Shown here: piece by piece, positions 9,701 to 20,094 of the stretch
How positions within the stretch are numbered: position 1 is the first letter of the stretch
Layout: each line of letters starts with the position of its first letter
NCBI GenBank assembly: GCA_041937175.2
Contig: CP166615.1
Location: 1,536,001-1,600,000 of the forward strand
Source of the DNA: Limnothrix sp. BL-A-16
GTDB lineage: Bacteria; Cyanobacteriota; Cyanobacteriia; CACIAM-69d
Reading direction: 5' to 3'
Length of the DNA stretch: 64,000 nt
Position numbers and translations under genes: made by a program
Notes under the pieces: generated by a model
The model's input: the letters and a program-made list of their open reading frames with translations, nothing else
Told to the model about the DNA's origin: nothing
The model's database searches: none

Positions 9701-12032
9701 GAATTTCATGAATAATTTCAGCCGCTCGACTAATGTGCTCAAAATAAAAAGAACCATCGATGCGGCGCACCAAAATGTAGATATTGGCTGGTGAGGAATC
9801 GGAAATATCTAGAAACTTTAACTCACTTTGTTTCAGAGCAACTTCTGTTAATTTTCGATCAGTAATATCAATGGCCGTGATCGTGACATGCCAACAATCC
9901 CCTAGCACATCCCACACAGCATTATTGGTTTGCGAAATCCATCGAATAAGTCCTTGATGATTATAAATTCGATATTCATATGTTCCCGTTCTTTCATGAA
10001 TAATGTCTTCTATAATTTGATCATAAACATTTTGCCAATCCTCTGGATCAATATCTTGCATCCAAAGATTTTGATTGATCAACAGCTCTTCGCAGGTGTA
10101 GCCAAATAAAGTTTCGCAACCGGCAGAAACGCGATCAATTTTCCAGGTATGATTCTTAAAAAAACGCAGACTCACGATTCCCGCGATCGCACTGTTCAAA
10201 ATGTCCTTTGCTTGAGCCTCTGATGTTTTGAGGGCCCGCTCTAACTGCTTGCGCTCTGTGATGTCTGCAATAATTCCTGTAACTTGAATAATTTCCTGCT
10301 GTGCATTCAGGATTGGTTTTCCTTTAATTTGAATGTAACGGGAATTGCCCTTAGCCGTGATGATTCGTAAATCAGCATCAAAAGGCCGATGAGTAATCAC
10401 TAAATTAATGACATCTTGCTGAAATCGTTCTCGATAGGCTGGATGGATGAAGTTGATTAATTGCTGAGCTTTCAAACCCTTGACTGGTTTGTCAAATTCA
10501 CAAATTCGATAAATTTCCGGTGACCAGACGATCGCCCGCTTGGCCACGTTCAGCTCCCAATGGCCCACATGGGCAATTCTTTGGGCTTCTAAAAGACGGG
10601 CTTGGCTTTTTTGTAAGGCGGCGGTTTTTTCTTCAACCTTTAATTGCAGGATTTTTTCATAATCTGCCTGGGCTTGTCGAGATTTTTTCAGTGCCTTCAA
10701 AACTTTCTGAATGGAAAGATTGAGCAGATCAAATTCCAAAATCTGAACATTTTCAACTGGTTGTAATTCTTGGGTTTGGCGATCATGGTTGAGAGCCTTG
10801 GTCGCCACTCGCAACCATTGGAGCGATCGACTAATTCGATAGCCAGTCCAAATTCCTGTGGCTACTGCTCCCAACAAAGCCAACAGGCAAAGCAAGATTG
10901 TGCGGTAAATATTGCTATGGATTTGATCCATAAATACCGACTGGGGCAGCACAATCACCGTGAACCAATTTAGCTCGCCTCGGATAGGAATAATCTGTAC
11001 AAAATAGTTTTGCTCTCGAATTTGAATCGTTAGCTTAAGCTTTGTTTTAATTTGTTCTAGATTGATTTTGTTATTTCTAATAATCTGTGCCGTTTTTGAA
11101 ATTAAATTATCCTTGCTTTGAGTGGCATCTAAGCGCCGATTATGGTGTTGAGTGTTTTGGGCTAATATTTTTCGAGGACTGGCATCAAAGGGTAACTCAT
11201 TGGCAGAGCTGGCCACCAATAGCCCGTTGGGTTCCATCACAAAGATTTGCCCCTGACCATTGGTGTTAATGGATTGAAGAAAGTCTCCAAATTGTTGCAA
11301 ATAAAAGCTGGCTGCTAGGACACCTTGAAACCGGCCAGACTGATCATAAAAAGGCACCGTCCGAATCAAGTGCAAGATTGGATTTTGCTTGCCCTTAGAT
11401 AGACTAATTCCCAATGTCCAAAGACCAGCGGGGGTGCGTTTGGCCTTCAAGTACCAAGGATCGTGGGGTGGATCGCGATGGGGATAATAATCACGGCGAA
11501 TTTCGAGCAAAACGCGCTGCTGACCCTCACGATTTGCCCAATAGCGGAGGAGCGATCGATCGGGTGAGGCAGCTTGCAACCGACGAATAATCAGCGCGTT
11601 TGGATCCGGACGCTCAACGGCTAGAAAATCGCCCGCCTCATTAGACAGGGCCAAAGTACTCAGTTTAGGAAATAGCTTAAGCTGTTCAATAAAAAATGAC
11701 TCAATCCCGTTTAGGTCTAGGCTACTCAAGTGACCTTTGCGGATCAAAAACGCATTGTTTTGAGTTGTGATTTTGGGAATGGATAGGTAATGATCTAAAT
11801 CCTGCTGAATTTGATTTGCTTTATTATCTAGCAGCCGATCGACCAGAGATTCAACAGCATCGCTGCCACTGCGATAGGACAAATATCCCACCACACTCAC
11901 CACGATTCCCACTTGCAGCACAAAGGGAACCGTAATGACGTAATTGAGGGGAAGTTTATGTGTTGTAATTCGCCGAGCTAGCCTTTTCAGATACCCGGGA
12001 AAACTGACCCGTTGTAGAGACCCAAAATTCAT
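6729..12032 (-). CDS. Hybrid sensor histidine kinase (TM-dCache-TM, 5 PAS, HisKA, HATPase, receiver)
   Basis: FLANMSHELRTPL, QILFNLVGNAIKFT, DTGAGI, GTGLGL; receiver ILIVDD...ILMDLRMP...SKP; five PAS/PAC units. Confidence 0.93.
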   Translation of the reverse strand: MNFGSLQRVSFPGYLKRLARRITTHKLPLNYVITVPFVLQVGIVVSVVGYLSYRSGSDAVESLVDRLLDNKANQIQQDLDHYLSIPKITTQNNAFLIRKGHLSSLDLNGIESFFIEQLKLFPKLSTLALSNEAGDFLAVERPDPNALIIRRLQAASPDRSLLRYWANREGQQRVLLEIRRDYYPHRDPPHDPWYLKAKRTPAGLWTLGISLSKGKQNPILHLIRTVPFYDQSGRFQGVLAASFYLQQFGDFLQSINTNGQGQIFVMEPNGLLVASSANELPFDASPRKILAQNTQHHNRRLDATQSKDNLISKTAQIIRNNKINLEQIKTKLKLTIQIREQNYFVQIIPIRGELNWFTVIVLPQSVFMDQIHSNIYRTILLCLLALLGAVATGIWTGYRISRSLQWLRVATKALNHDRQTQELQPVENVQILEFDLLNLSIQKVLKALKKSRQAQADYEKILQLKVEEKTAALQKSQARLLEAQRIAHVGHWELNVAKRAIVWSPEIYRICEFDKPVKGLKAQQLINFIHPAYRERFQQDVINLVITHRPFDADLRIITAKGNSRYIQIKGKPILNAQQEIIQVTGIIADITERKQLERALKTSEAQAKDILNSAIAGIVSLRFFKNHTWKIDRVSAGCETLFGYTCEELLINQNLWMQDIDPEDWQNVYDQIIEDIIHERTGTYEYRIYNHQGLIRWISQTNNAVWDVLGDCWHVTITAIDITDRKLTEVALKQSELKFLDISDSSPANIYILVRRIDGSFYFEHISRAAEIIHEIPVSTLLQDANTLLDRIHPDDQEAYYQAVERSIEGLRPFEHEWRVINPSGKVKWLQGSASPKRRENGEIAWYGVAIDITDRKIAQDALSESESRLVRLSSVSPVVIYSVVEEPGKPVEYEYLSAAFEEIHEVPLSAAIQNPMITFNQIHPDDQESYIQAVEWSSQNLQNFRHEWRIITPSGKVKWLQANSRPELRGNQEIVWHGVVQDITDQKAIANALAKTTEELDQFFSVALDLLCIADVNGRFQRLNLQWSKILGYPLEELEGSRFMDYVHPEDVEETMLALNELVNQNELHGFVNRYRCKDGSYRWIEWRSVPVNSVIYAAARDITDRKLAELQLQEAKDKAEAANRAKSLFLANMSHELRTPLNIILGFSQLINRDIHLSESHREYMNLIQNSGTHLLMLINDILDLSKIEAGQFTLDEEEVDLYEILYSLQITFQQQALKRENQLILEIGDRVPRYIVLDSKKLKQILFNLVGNAIKFTAQGSIAIRVDLISTLIVNTFQVYPYPSLAGGRSPVNSGACDPILTENPDFKATTFQPGQNETYKGQFCNHDYLQFQVIDTGAGIESEDLKAIFDAFSQSAAGKKSSEGTGLGLTISQQLVQLMGGVLTVESAVGLGSTFMFTLPLRTGRSPGKKSEHQPWGPPQNQTMIAELARSPASFWGDRLDSKMLSQSRLNHRESGAVADSLASDRPAESPTIGLAAIRSHYRILIVDDRPDNRLLLVQLLSQLGFAVQEAMDGADAVQRWQDWHPHLILMDLRMPGCDGYQATQQIRALEPSRSTVILAITAQALVEDRDQAIAVGCDDYLSKPISDQILIQKLDYYCQKADQSSDPLDHVPRDQSDFLLTIPNHSPEFVAPFNGALDSQEPLDPLDTPDPWNQLLNQRLDHFSDHFMNFFPEQLGDRADALSGLRHHQQVQEFLAKMPRDWLMQLQHAAALCAEDSMRALLQTIPKEQAPLSDYLGQLIYDFAFDKIHQLVSRCLNAPFE

Positions 12033-12392
12033 AAATACCCAAAATAAGACCCAGAGTCAGAGGGTGGGCGCTGGTGTCCCGGGAACTATCGCATGGGTCT
12101 AACCAGCTTTTGCAGGAAGCTTTTACAAGGAGCTTTTGCAGGAATTGATCCCACCATAACTCTGATAACAAGCAAAAGCGCCCTCCTTTTTAGCAAGGAA
12201 AGCGCCCTGATTTAGCGATATATGAAGCCTGCCGCTTCCTGGGGTAAATGCACAAAAATTCCTGGCTCTAGGAATTAACAGGCTTTGGCAGGATGGCTCC
12301 AGCCCCATGCTTCAGCCCAGCGCGTTTTGTTTTGTGTTTTGCGTTGTACTTTGTTGTTTCGCCTGTTTCGCCTGTTTCGCCATTTTCTGGTG

Positions 12393-12776
12393 CTAAGGAA
12401 CGATCAACACCGGACAGGGAGACAGGTCAATGACGCGATGGGCAGTGCTTTCGGCGGCTCCTTCGGTGGTTAGACCCATGCCCCGGCTGCCCATGACGAC
12501 CAGGCTTGCTTCCACTTCATCGGCCACATCACAGATGGTGAACGCGGGCATTCCCTCGCGCTCAATCACTTCGGCTTCGAGGCCCCGCTCGGCAAACATG
12601 GCTTTAGCCCGGCTGAGGAGGGTTTCAGCCGCTTCGATGGCCCCTTCATCGGGGCCTGGAACGACCGACAGAATGACTAATCGACTGTTGTGCAGTTGCG
12701 CCAGTTGGGCAACGGTTTCGGCCGCCTCGCGAGATTCGGGCGATCGATCGATCGGAAAAAGAATCGTCTCGAACAT
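12393..12776 (-). CDS. Universal stress protein
   Basis: MFETILFPIDRS, VVMGSRG, SPCPVLIVP. Confidence 0.92.
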   Translation of the reverse strand: MFETILFPIDRSPESREAAETVAQLAQLHNSRLVILSVVPGPDEGAIEAAETLLSRAKAMFAERGLEAEVIEREGMPAFTICDVADEVEASLVVMGSRGMGLTTEGAAESTAHRVIDLSPCPVLIVP

Positions 12777-12862
12777 CTTTAGGGGAAAATATTCACCGCG
12801 TGAACTTCCGCGAAAACTCCCGCGCGAATTTCCGCGAGACGCATTGAAAGGAGGTTTTTATC

Positions 12863-14068
12863 GTGTCAAAGAAAACTGTAGCAAATTTGTCGGCGGCTGA
12901 TGTAGCTGGCAAGCGCGTCCTTGTGCGCGTTGATTTCAACGTACCTCTCGACGATGCTGGCAAAATCACCGACGACACCCGGGTTCGGGCCGCCCTGCCC
13001 ACAATCCAAGACCTGACCGGCAAAGGCGCGAAGGTCATCCTGACCAGCCACTTCGGCCGTCCTAAGGGGAAGGTTGTTGATTCGATGCGTCTCACGCCCG
13101 TGGCTGTGCGGTTGTCGGAACTGCTGGGCAAACCGGTAGTGAAAACCGATGACTGCATTGGTGACGAGGCAGCAGCAACGGTTGCAGCCATGAACGATGG
13201 CGATGTGGTGCTGCTGGAAAACGTGCGGTTCTACGCGGAAGAGGAAGCAAACGATCCTGAGTTCTCGAAGAAGCTGGCTTCGCTGGCGGATCTGTACGTG
13301 AACGATGCGTTCGGTACGGCTCACCGGGCCCATGCCTCCACCGAAGGCGTGACCAAGTTCCTCAGCCCCTCCGTTGCGGGTTACCTGATCGAAAAGGAAC
13401 TGCAATACCTGCAAGCGGCGATCGAACATCCGAAGCGGCCTCTGGCGGCGATCGTGGGTGGCTCGAAGGTGTCGAGCAAAATCACCGTGATCGAAACCCT
13501 GCTGGACAAGGTGGACAAGCTGTTCATCGGCGGCGGCATGATCTTTACCTTCTACAAAGCCCGTGGCCTGTCCGTGGGTAAGTCGCTGGTGGAAGAGGAC
13601 AAGCTGGAGCTAGCACAGGCTCTGGAAGCCAAGGCCAAGGATAAAGGCGTGGAACTGTTGTTGCCCACCGATGTGGTGTTGGCGGATAACTTCGCTCCTG
13701 ATGCCAACAGCCAAACGGTCAGCGTGGAGAAAATCCCCGATGGCTGGATGGGTCTGGACATTGGCCCCGACTCGGTGAAGGCGTTCCAAGCGGCGCTGGA
13801 AACTTGCCAATCGGTGATCTGGAACGGGCCCATGGGCGTGTTCGAGTTCGACAAATTCGCGGCCGGCACCAAGGCGATCGCGGAAACCTTGGCGACCCTG
13901 ACTCCGAAGGGCGTGACCACGATTATTGGTGGTGGCGACTCGGTGGCTGCGGTGGAAAAGGTGGGCGTGGCTGACCAAATGAGCCACATTTCGACCGGTG
14001 GCGGCGCAAGCTTGGAGTTGCTGGAAGGCAAGGTGCTGCCCGGGATTGCGGCATTGGATGAGGCCTAA
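12863..14068 (+). CDS. pgk: Phosphoglycerate kinase
   Basis: [49 protein letters not shown] precedes the GTG start. Confidence 0.99.
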   Translation: MSKKTVANLSAADVAGKRVLVRVDFNVPLDDAGKITDDTRVRAALPTIQDLTGKGAKVILTSHFGRPKGKVVDSMRLTPVAVRLSELLGKPVVKTDDCIGDEAAATVAAMNDGDVVLLENVRFYAEEEANDPEFSKKLASLADLYVNDAFGTAHRAHASTEGVTKFLSPSVAGYLIEKELQYLQAAIEHPKRPLAAIVGGSKVSSKITVIETLLDKVDKLFIGGGMIFTFYKARGLSVGKSLVEEDKLELAQALEAKAKDKGVELLLPTDVVLADNFAPDANSQTVSVEKIPDGWMGLDIGPDSVKAFQAALETCQSVIWNGPMGVFEFDKFAAGTKAIAETLATLTPKGVTTIIGGGDSVAAVEKVGVADQMSHISTGGGASLELLEGKVLPGIAALDEA

Positions 14069-14126
14069 ATCTCAGGCTAGGATCCATTAACCCCCGAAGA
14101 TTGCGGGAATCCCTGAAGATTGTGGG

Positions 14127-14221
14127 GACAAGGGGCTTAAGCCCCTTGTCTTGCGCGATCCCTTGTAGGGGCACACCATCCTTGCAATCCTCCGTGGGGG
14201 CGTACGCCGGTGCGTCCCCAC
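14127..14221. repeat. Solo 24-bp palindrome followed by a GTAG/GTGG-type REP-like hairpin downstream of pgk
   Basis: GACAAGGGGCTTAAGCCCCTTGTC at 14127-14150; GTGGGGGCGTAC-GCCG-GTGCGTCCCCAC at 14194-14221. Confidence 0.75.
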
Positions 14222-14329
14222 CCGGGTTTTCGTTCCCTTGCTTGGGGTTTGTGGAATGACTCTTAGGTTTGAGTAACTTGAGTTTGAATAACTTGAGTTT
14301 GAATAGATTTAAGCCGTTAAGTTTGAGCC

Positions 14330-15376
14330 ATGAAATTTAGCGAATTATTGAAACAGTTAGAAAAGCTGAGCGATCGCCCCTTCGATCAATTCTCCTTGGC
14401 GGATGATCCTGAGCTGACCACGATCGCCCCGATCGCCCAGGCCCAGGGCGGTCAGTTGACCTACTTGGAAGGCGATAAGTTTGCGGACTGCTTGGAAAGC
14501 ACCCAAGCCGCCGTGATTTTGCCCAATCGCCCTGAGTTAATTCACCAAGCCCGCACGCAGGGGTTAGCCTGGGTGGCGGTGCAAGATCCCAAAATGCTAT
14601 TTGCAGTGGCTGTGCGGCTGTTCTATCAACCCTTTAAGCCCAAACCCGGGATTCACCCCAGCGCCTGGATTGATCCGACCGTGCAACTGGGTCAAGAGGT
14701 GTCGATCGGGCCCCATGTGGCGATTTATGAGGGGGTGACGATCGGCGATCGGGTTTGCCTCATGGCCAATGTGGTGATTTATGGGGGCGCGTCGATCGGG
14801 GCCGATTCCTGGCTCCATGCCAACTGCACCATTCACGAGCGATCGATCATTGGGCAACATTGCATCATCCACAGTGGCGCAGTCATTGGTGATGAAGGAT
14901 TTGGCTTTGTGCCCACGGCCCAAGGCTGGCAAAAGTTGGATCAAACCGGGCGCGTTGTACTCGAAGACGGCGTAGATGTGGGAGTCAACAGCACGATCGA
15001 CCGGCCAGCCATGGGCGAAACCCGCATTGGCCGGGGTACCAAGCTCGATAATATGGTTCACATTGGCCACGGCTGCCAATTGGGTGAAGGCTGTGCGATC
15101 GCCGCTCAAACGGGCTTGGCGGGTGGCGTGGAGTTGGGCAAAGGGGTAATTCTGGCCGGACAGGTGGGCGTAGCCAACAATGTCAAAATGGGCGATCGGG
15201 CGATCGCCTCCTCCAAGTCCGGTTTGCACAGTGACGTACCGGCCGGCGAGGTTGTCTCCGGCTATCCAGCCATTCCCAACAGTCAATGGCTCAAAACCTC
15301 CGCCATCTATCGCCGCTTGCCCGAGATGCAAAAGCTACTGCGGCAGATTCAATCTCACTTGGGCCTCAAGGACTAG
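14330..15376 (+). CDS. lpxD: UDP-3-O-acylglucosamine N-acyltransferase
   Basis: Hexapeptide repeats, [32 protein letters not shown]. Confidence 0.97.
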   Translation: MKFSELLKQLEKLSDRPFDQFSLADDPELTTIAPIAQAQGGQLTYLEGDKFADCLESTQAAVILPNRPELIHQARTQGLAWVAVQDPKMLFAVAVRLFYQPFKPKPGIHPSAWIDPTVQLGQEVSIGPHVAIYEGVTIGDRVCLMANVVIYGGASIGADSWLHANCTIHERSIIGQHCIIHSGAVIGDEGFGFVPTAQGWQKLDQTGRVVLEDGVDVGVNSTIDRPAMGETRIGRGTKLDNMVHIGHGCQLGEGCAIAAQTGLAGGVELGKGVILAGQVGVANNVKMGDRAIASSKSGLHSDVPAGEVVSGYPAIPNSQWLKTSAIYRRLPEMQKLLRQIQSHLGLKD

Positions 15377-15429
15377 GTGGTTGGGAGAATTTTCCAGTGA
15401 AAGTTCCTCATTCCTGCGACACTCTGTAA

Positions 15430-15654
15430 TCAATCGCCCCAAGCTTCCGTATTCAGAGGACGAATTAGACGGCTTTGAATTAAGTGTTCAACGGCCCGCT
15501 CGATCGCATCCAGCGCATAGCCCGTGTTCACTTGAATCAAATCCAACGTGGCTGCAAAGCCCTTGCGATCGCACTGTTGAATAACACGTAAAACATCCTG
15601 CTCAATGGATGTTAGCTCTTGGGGAGCAAGGTGCATGGAAGATGCTTTAGACAT
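15430..15654 (-). CDS. Small hypothetical protein, possible winged helix
   Basis: LTSIEQDVLRVI...IQVNTGYALDAIERAVEHLIQSRLI resembles a wHTH. Start is uncertain. Confidence 0.5.
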   Translation of the reverse strand: MSKASSMHLAPQELTSIEQDVLRVIQQCDRKGFAATLDLIQVNTGYALDAIERAVEHLIQSRLIRPLNTEAWGD

Positions 15655-16115
15655 GACAACCCTCCGACAACGTAGCAGTTCGGTGGCAGGTGTGTGGCGA
15701 GGAACTGGAATCTTCATCGACCCCATGGAAATCAATCTAGAAATTGGCCCAGAAACTAACCTGGAAGTCAATCTAGAAATCAATCCAAAAATCAAAAAGG
15801 TCGGTGAGTGAACCCATGGCAAAACAGCCTATCCATGGCGCTCATCTACGAAAAAACCAGAACGAAGGAAAGCCGACCTAAAAAACCAAAGTAAAATAGG
15901 CTATCCTTCTGAACTCTACTGTCTTTTAGAGAGCTTGACGGCAATTTCCGGACAATGTTCTCGTTTAGTTACGTAATTTTACGTAGAGTGCTGCCAAGGG
16001 CGATCGCCACTGTCTGGGATCCAGCAGAAGCGGTTGATTTTCCATGCTCTAAGCCCCTTGCTCCCGCGATCTGGTTACGGTGGAATCCTGGTTTCGGGCG
16101 ATGTGACGACGGGCC

Positions 16116-16637
16116 CTATTGTCCCGATCGCAGGTGGTAAACTTCCTCGGCCACGCGCTTCAAACGACGGAGCTGGGCTTGCATGTCGCCTTGCACCCAC
16201 CCGGCTGCCACCCGATCGAACCCCCAACGAACGAGGGGATTGGGGATCACGAATTCAAACCGATTGATTAACTGAGTGCCGGATCCATCGGGAATACATT
16301 CCCAAGAGTCGCGCCCCATAAAAAAGCCAGAAAAAGCCCAAACAATTTTGCCGGGCGATCGCTCCGCCACCGTGCATTGCAACGCCGGTTCCAGCAGGGG
16401 AATTTGCAACACAAATCGGGTGCGATCGCCCAAATTGGTTCCCCAGCGATCGCCCACGGGATCACAGCGTAGGGCCGGGTTTAGCCATCGATGCATCAGC
16501 TCGCGATCGGTGAAGCACCATTCAACCGCCGTGGCACTAGCCTGAATCGCGATCGACTGTTCATAAACTCGCGGCAAAACCGATTTACCTTGGCCGCGAG
16601 CCAGTTGAGTTCGAGTTGTAAAAAGACGGGAAGACAT
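16116..16637 (-). CDS. SRPBCC / polyketide cyclase-dehydrase family protein
   Basis: EQSIAIQASATAVE...MHRWLNPALRC...QLRRLKRVAE. The longer ORF start at 16769 lies inside a MITE. Confidence 0.85.
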   Translation of the reverse strand: MSSRLFTTRTQLARGQGKSVLPRVYEQSIAIQASATAVEWCFTDRELMHRWLNPALRCDPVGDRWGTNLGDRTRFVLQIPLLEPALQCTVAERSPGKIVWAFSGFFMGRDSWECIPDGSGTQLINRFEFVIPNPLVRWGFDRVAAGWVQGDMQAQLRRLKRVAEEVYHLRSGQ

Positions 16638-16729
16638 GCCAGGGGCCAAGGAAAAGTAAAAATGGGCGGCTGTATTTCTAGCTGTATTTCTAGAATTTGC
16701 TAGAGGACTTGAGAGACTTCTAGACCTGT

Positions 16730-16869
16730 GAGGGCGTTTGAAACGTCCCTTTTGGCACGGGCCAATCATGAATCGTCATGGGAGCAAGGGGCTTAAGCCC
16801 CTTGTCTGCGTTGATCACTGGGGCGTACAGAGGATCAACTGGGGAGGATCAACTGGTTCAGACATCCTC
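16730..16869. mobile_element. MITE family A copy
   Basis: Ends GAGGGCGTTTGAA / TTCAGACATCCTC, with a TGT direct repeat at 16727-16729 and 16870-16872. Palindrome at 16785-16804. Confidence 0.82.
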
Positions 16870-16923
16870 TGTGGTTTTAGCTATTTCTGAGCATTACCAA
16901 CATTCATGGCCGGTTCCCTAGTC

Positions 16924-17547
16924 CTAATTGGCAACCGACGCACCGTGACTGCGAGGATCCGTTGCCGCCGATTTTTGGGCCGAATCTCCAGACAACGGAG
17001 CATCAAAATCCGAAGTTTGGCCTTCGTTCACCTTTGCGTAGGGCAGGGTGGCGGTTCCATCGGCCAAGGCCGCCAAATTCGCCGCCATGATTGATTTAGG
17101 CTGCTCCCCGATCGCCTGGGCTAGCTCCTGGCCCTGGGCATTCAAAAAAACAAAGTGCGGAATTCCATCCACTCGATAGCTCAGAATCTCAGGCAGCCAT
17201 TTGGTGTTATCCACATTCAGCATCGAGAAATTGACCCGATCGCCATAGTCCTGCTTCAACTCCCGCAAATCATTGGCCATGGCCTGGCAACTGGTACACC
17301 AATCCGCATAGAACTCCAGCACCGTCGGCTTGCCATTGACGATCGCCTGATCCAACGGCACAGAGTCACGCGCCAACCGTTCCAGAATGTTGCTGTTGGG
17401 TTCCGTGCGTAGCCCCAAAAACAGCACCACCCCTAACAACGCCGCCACAATGGCCACCACCAAATTTGGCAGACGACTACCGGCCGCGGCAGCTCCGGGG
17501 ATCACGGTTGAGGGCTGGGAAGTGGATTCGGGAGAAAGCTGGCTCAT
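16924..17547 (-). CDS. txlA: Membrane-anchored thioredoxin-like protein (TxlA/HCF164 type)
   Basis: TM helix, then EFYADWCTSC and YRVDGIPHFVF. Confidence 0.85.
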   Translation of the reverse strand: MSQLSPESTSQPSTVIPGAAAAGSRLPNLVVAIVAALLGVVLFLGLRTEPNSNILERLARDSVPLDQAIVNGKPTVLEFYADWCTSCQAMANDLRELKQDYGDRVNFSMLNVDNTKWLPEILSYRVDGIPHFVFLNAQGQELAQAIGEQPKSIMAANLAALADGTATLPYAKVNEGQTSDFDAPLSGDSAQKSAATDPRSHGASVAN

Positions 17548-18090
17548 GGCAGAATGGCAAGACGAGAGGGCAAAGCGGAATGGCGGATCAGTTCTGGTGC
17601 TAGGCTAGCGATACAGTCCTCAAGAGCTAAGGACGATCGGGCCCGAACTTCTTTTTGGTGACTCGTTTTTGGTTCCCCGTTGCTGGTGCTCCAGAGTTTT
17701 CGGTGCAGGTTTGGCCGATCGCCCAAACCCCACGACTCCGAAACCAACGGGATCGCCCCCACAACCCCAATCACGACCGCTTTGCTCCGGTAATTGGCGC
17801 TTTGGTCAGTGTTCTAGGGTTAACAGTATTCTGCAAGGGCTATTTTGATTGTAACAACTTCGTTACGTGTCTTCATGGGCTTGTTGAATTGCTGCTGGGT
17901 GGGCCGCCCGCTATTTAGGATTTAGGGGGCATTGGTCGCTGAAGGCTCGATCGCCCTATCCACCGGCCCGAGCGCTGTGGTTTTGCCTAACTGATCTGAA
18001 TTGATCTGAACTAATCCGAATTATCCTAAGTTGACCGGAATTGACCCGATTGCCCTGGTTTCCCCGATCGTTCGCTGGCGGTGATTTGTT

Positions 18091-18495
18091 TTGAAAAAGC
18101 GCGTCACACTCACCTTTCCGAAACATGCGGTACAAATGCCAATCACCTATCGATTGGCGAAAGAATTTAACGTGGCTGCCAACATCATTCGAGCGCAAGT
18201 GGCCCCCGATCGTGTCGGGAAATTAGTCGTTGAACTGATTGGCGACATTGACCAAATGGACGCGGCCATGGAGTGGATGGAATCCCTCGATATTGATGTT
18301 TCTTCTGCCAATCGAGAAATCTCGATCGATGAAGTAAGCTGTGTCCATTGCGGTCTTTGCACAGGGGTTTGTCCCACGGGGGCATTGTCGCTCCACCCAG
18401 AAACCTTCCGCCTAGAATTTGCTCGATCGCGCTGTGTAGTTTGCGAGCAATGTGTTCCCACCTGCCCGGTTCAAGCAATTTCCACCAGCTTTTAA
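18091..18495 (+). CDS. NIL-domain 2[4Fe-4S] ferredoxin
   Basis: KKRVTLTFP NIL-like N-terminus; CVHCGLCTGVCP and CVVCEQCVPTCP. Confidence 0.92.
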   Translation: MKKRVTLTFPKHAVQMPITYRLAKEFNVAANIIRAQVAPDRVGKLVVELIGDIDQMDAAMEWMESLDIDVSSANREISIDEVSCVHCGLCTGVCPTGALSLHPETFRLEFARSRCVVCEQCVPTCPVQAISTSF

Positions 18496-18604
18496 TTTTG
18501 CCGGTTTCTTAAAATTCATCAGCTTCTCAATTACGCATTGATTTTCCATGAAAGTTACCTTTCTTATCGATAAAACCTTGTAGTTAAAGAGGAGACAAGG
18601 TTCT

Positions 18605-19063
18605 GTGCGTCTATATAACAATCACACCGGACTATCGTTATTCATTCTGGCGCTGGTTTACTTAGCCTTGAGTTGGGTAGCGCTGCTCGCTGTGCCCCAG
18701 CCCCCCTCATTGGTGGAGGTGACGGTGGCGGCCCTGTTGGTTGCTGTGGCCTTGGCAGCCCTGTTTACGCTCAAGTTACCTTGGCCGAATTTTAGTCAAT
18801 TCTCTTGGTTTCAAACGGCCACCAAGTCCTTCGGAGGCGCAATTCTGGCAGCGATGGCCGTTGTGATTGTGTTGTCGCGGTTGGACATTACAACGGATGT
18901 GATGTTGTTGTTGGCGGCGGAATTTTTGGCCAAGGTGGAGTTGCGGGTGGCGGGTCGATCGCGCTGGCAATCGTTTTGGCAAATGTTGGCGGCCAGTGCT
19001 GTGGGCATTGGGAGCGCGATCGGGCTGGCCCCTTGGTTTTTGATGTCGCGAGTCAGCGAGTAG
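18605..19063 (+). CDS. Hypothetical membrane protein
   Basis: Four to five hydrophobic segments; co-oriented with cobU. Confidence 0.6.
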   Translation: MRLYNNHTGLSLFILALVYLALSWVALLAVPQPPSLVEVTVAALLVAVALAALFTLKLPWPNFSQFSWFQTATKSFGGAILAAMAVVIVLSRLDITTDVMLLLAAEFLAKVELRVAGRSRWQSFWQMLAASAVGIGSAIGLAPWFLMSRVSE

Positions 19064-19100
19064 TTGATTCACCCAGCTATTGACCGAGGAACCCGTCATC

Positions 19101-19673
19101 ATGGCTCAGTCTCAGACTTCAGGATCGGGATGGTCGCGAGTGGTGCTGGTGACGGGGCCAGCGCGATCGGGCAAGAGTGAGTGGGCGGAGCGGTTGGCCG
19201 CGGCCTCGGGGCGATCGGTCATCTATGTGGCCACCTCGTACCTGGATCCCCAGGATCAAGAGTGGGGCGATCGGGTGGCCCAACACCGCCAGCGCCGCCC
19301 GAAAGCTTGGCAAAATTGGGAAGTGCCGCTGGAACTGGCCGCCGCCTTGGGCCAAGCGCCGGTCGATAGTTGTTTGTTGGTGGATTCACTGGGAACTTGG
19401 GTGGCCAACTGGCTCGATCGCCCCGATCCCGAATGGCAACAAACCTGTGAAGCGCTGTTGGCCACCTGTGCCGCTTTGCCAGCCATGTGTATTTTTGTGG
19501 CCGAAGAAACGGGCTGGGGTGTGGTTCCGGCCTTCCCCGCTGGTCGTCTGTTTCGCGATCGGCTGGGCAAGCTCGTGCGGGAATTGGGCAGCCGATCCGA
19601 TGCCTGTTACCTAGTGACAGCGGGCTTTGCAGTTAATTTGCGGGCGATCGGTCAATCCTTAACAACCGGATAA
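19101..19673 (+). CDS. cobU: Adenosylcobinamide kinase / adenosylcobinamide-phosphate guanylyltransferase
   Basis: LVTGPARSGKSEWAE, YVAT, LVDSLGTW, EETGWGVVP, RLFRDRLG. Confidence 0.95.
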   Translation: MAQSQTSGSGWSRVVLVTGPARSGKSEWAERLAAASGRSVIYVATSYLDPQDQEWGDRVAQHRQRRPKAWQNWEVPLELAAALGQAPVDSCLLVDSLGTWVANWLDRPDPEWQQTCEALLATCAALPAMCIFVAEETGWGVVPAFPAGRLFRDRLGKLVRELGSRSDACYLVTAGFAVNLRAIGQSLTTG

Positions 19674-20094
19674 AAACTATTTAATTTCCTTAAATATTGT
19701 CCAAGAATTGTCCAAAACTTTAATCTAAGCTCAAGATTCTTTGTCGGTAGTCCCTCTACCCTTCGCTTAGGATCGAAGTCAGGATAGTTGGTAACCCAAC
19801 TTCCCATTCAAGCTTTTCGGTTAACCTGTTTCCATGCGCGCTGTTCACTCAGGTTTCCCCAATTATTTTTCCGAGTACCTCCCCAATAATTGTTTTAAGC
19901 CAGAAGTTTGTAATTTGAAACGAACCATTAACTCGGAATTTTAATTTGCTTCTAATTTGCTTCATAAGACCAGTTTTAACTGATCTTGAATTGAGCCTCT
20001 AAACCCAGTTTTGTTGAATCAAGCCAGCTCTAATTCCCAATCCTGGCCATCAGTTTTTTAACCTTTGGCCCTCGCCCACGGACTCCACACCAAA

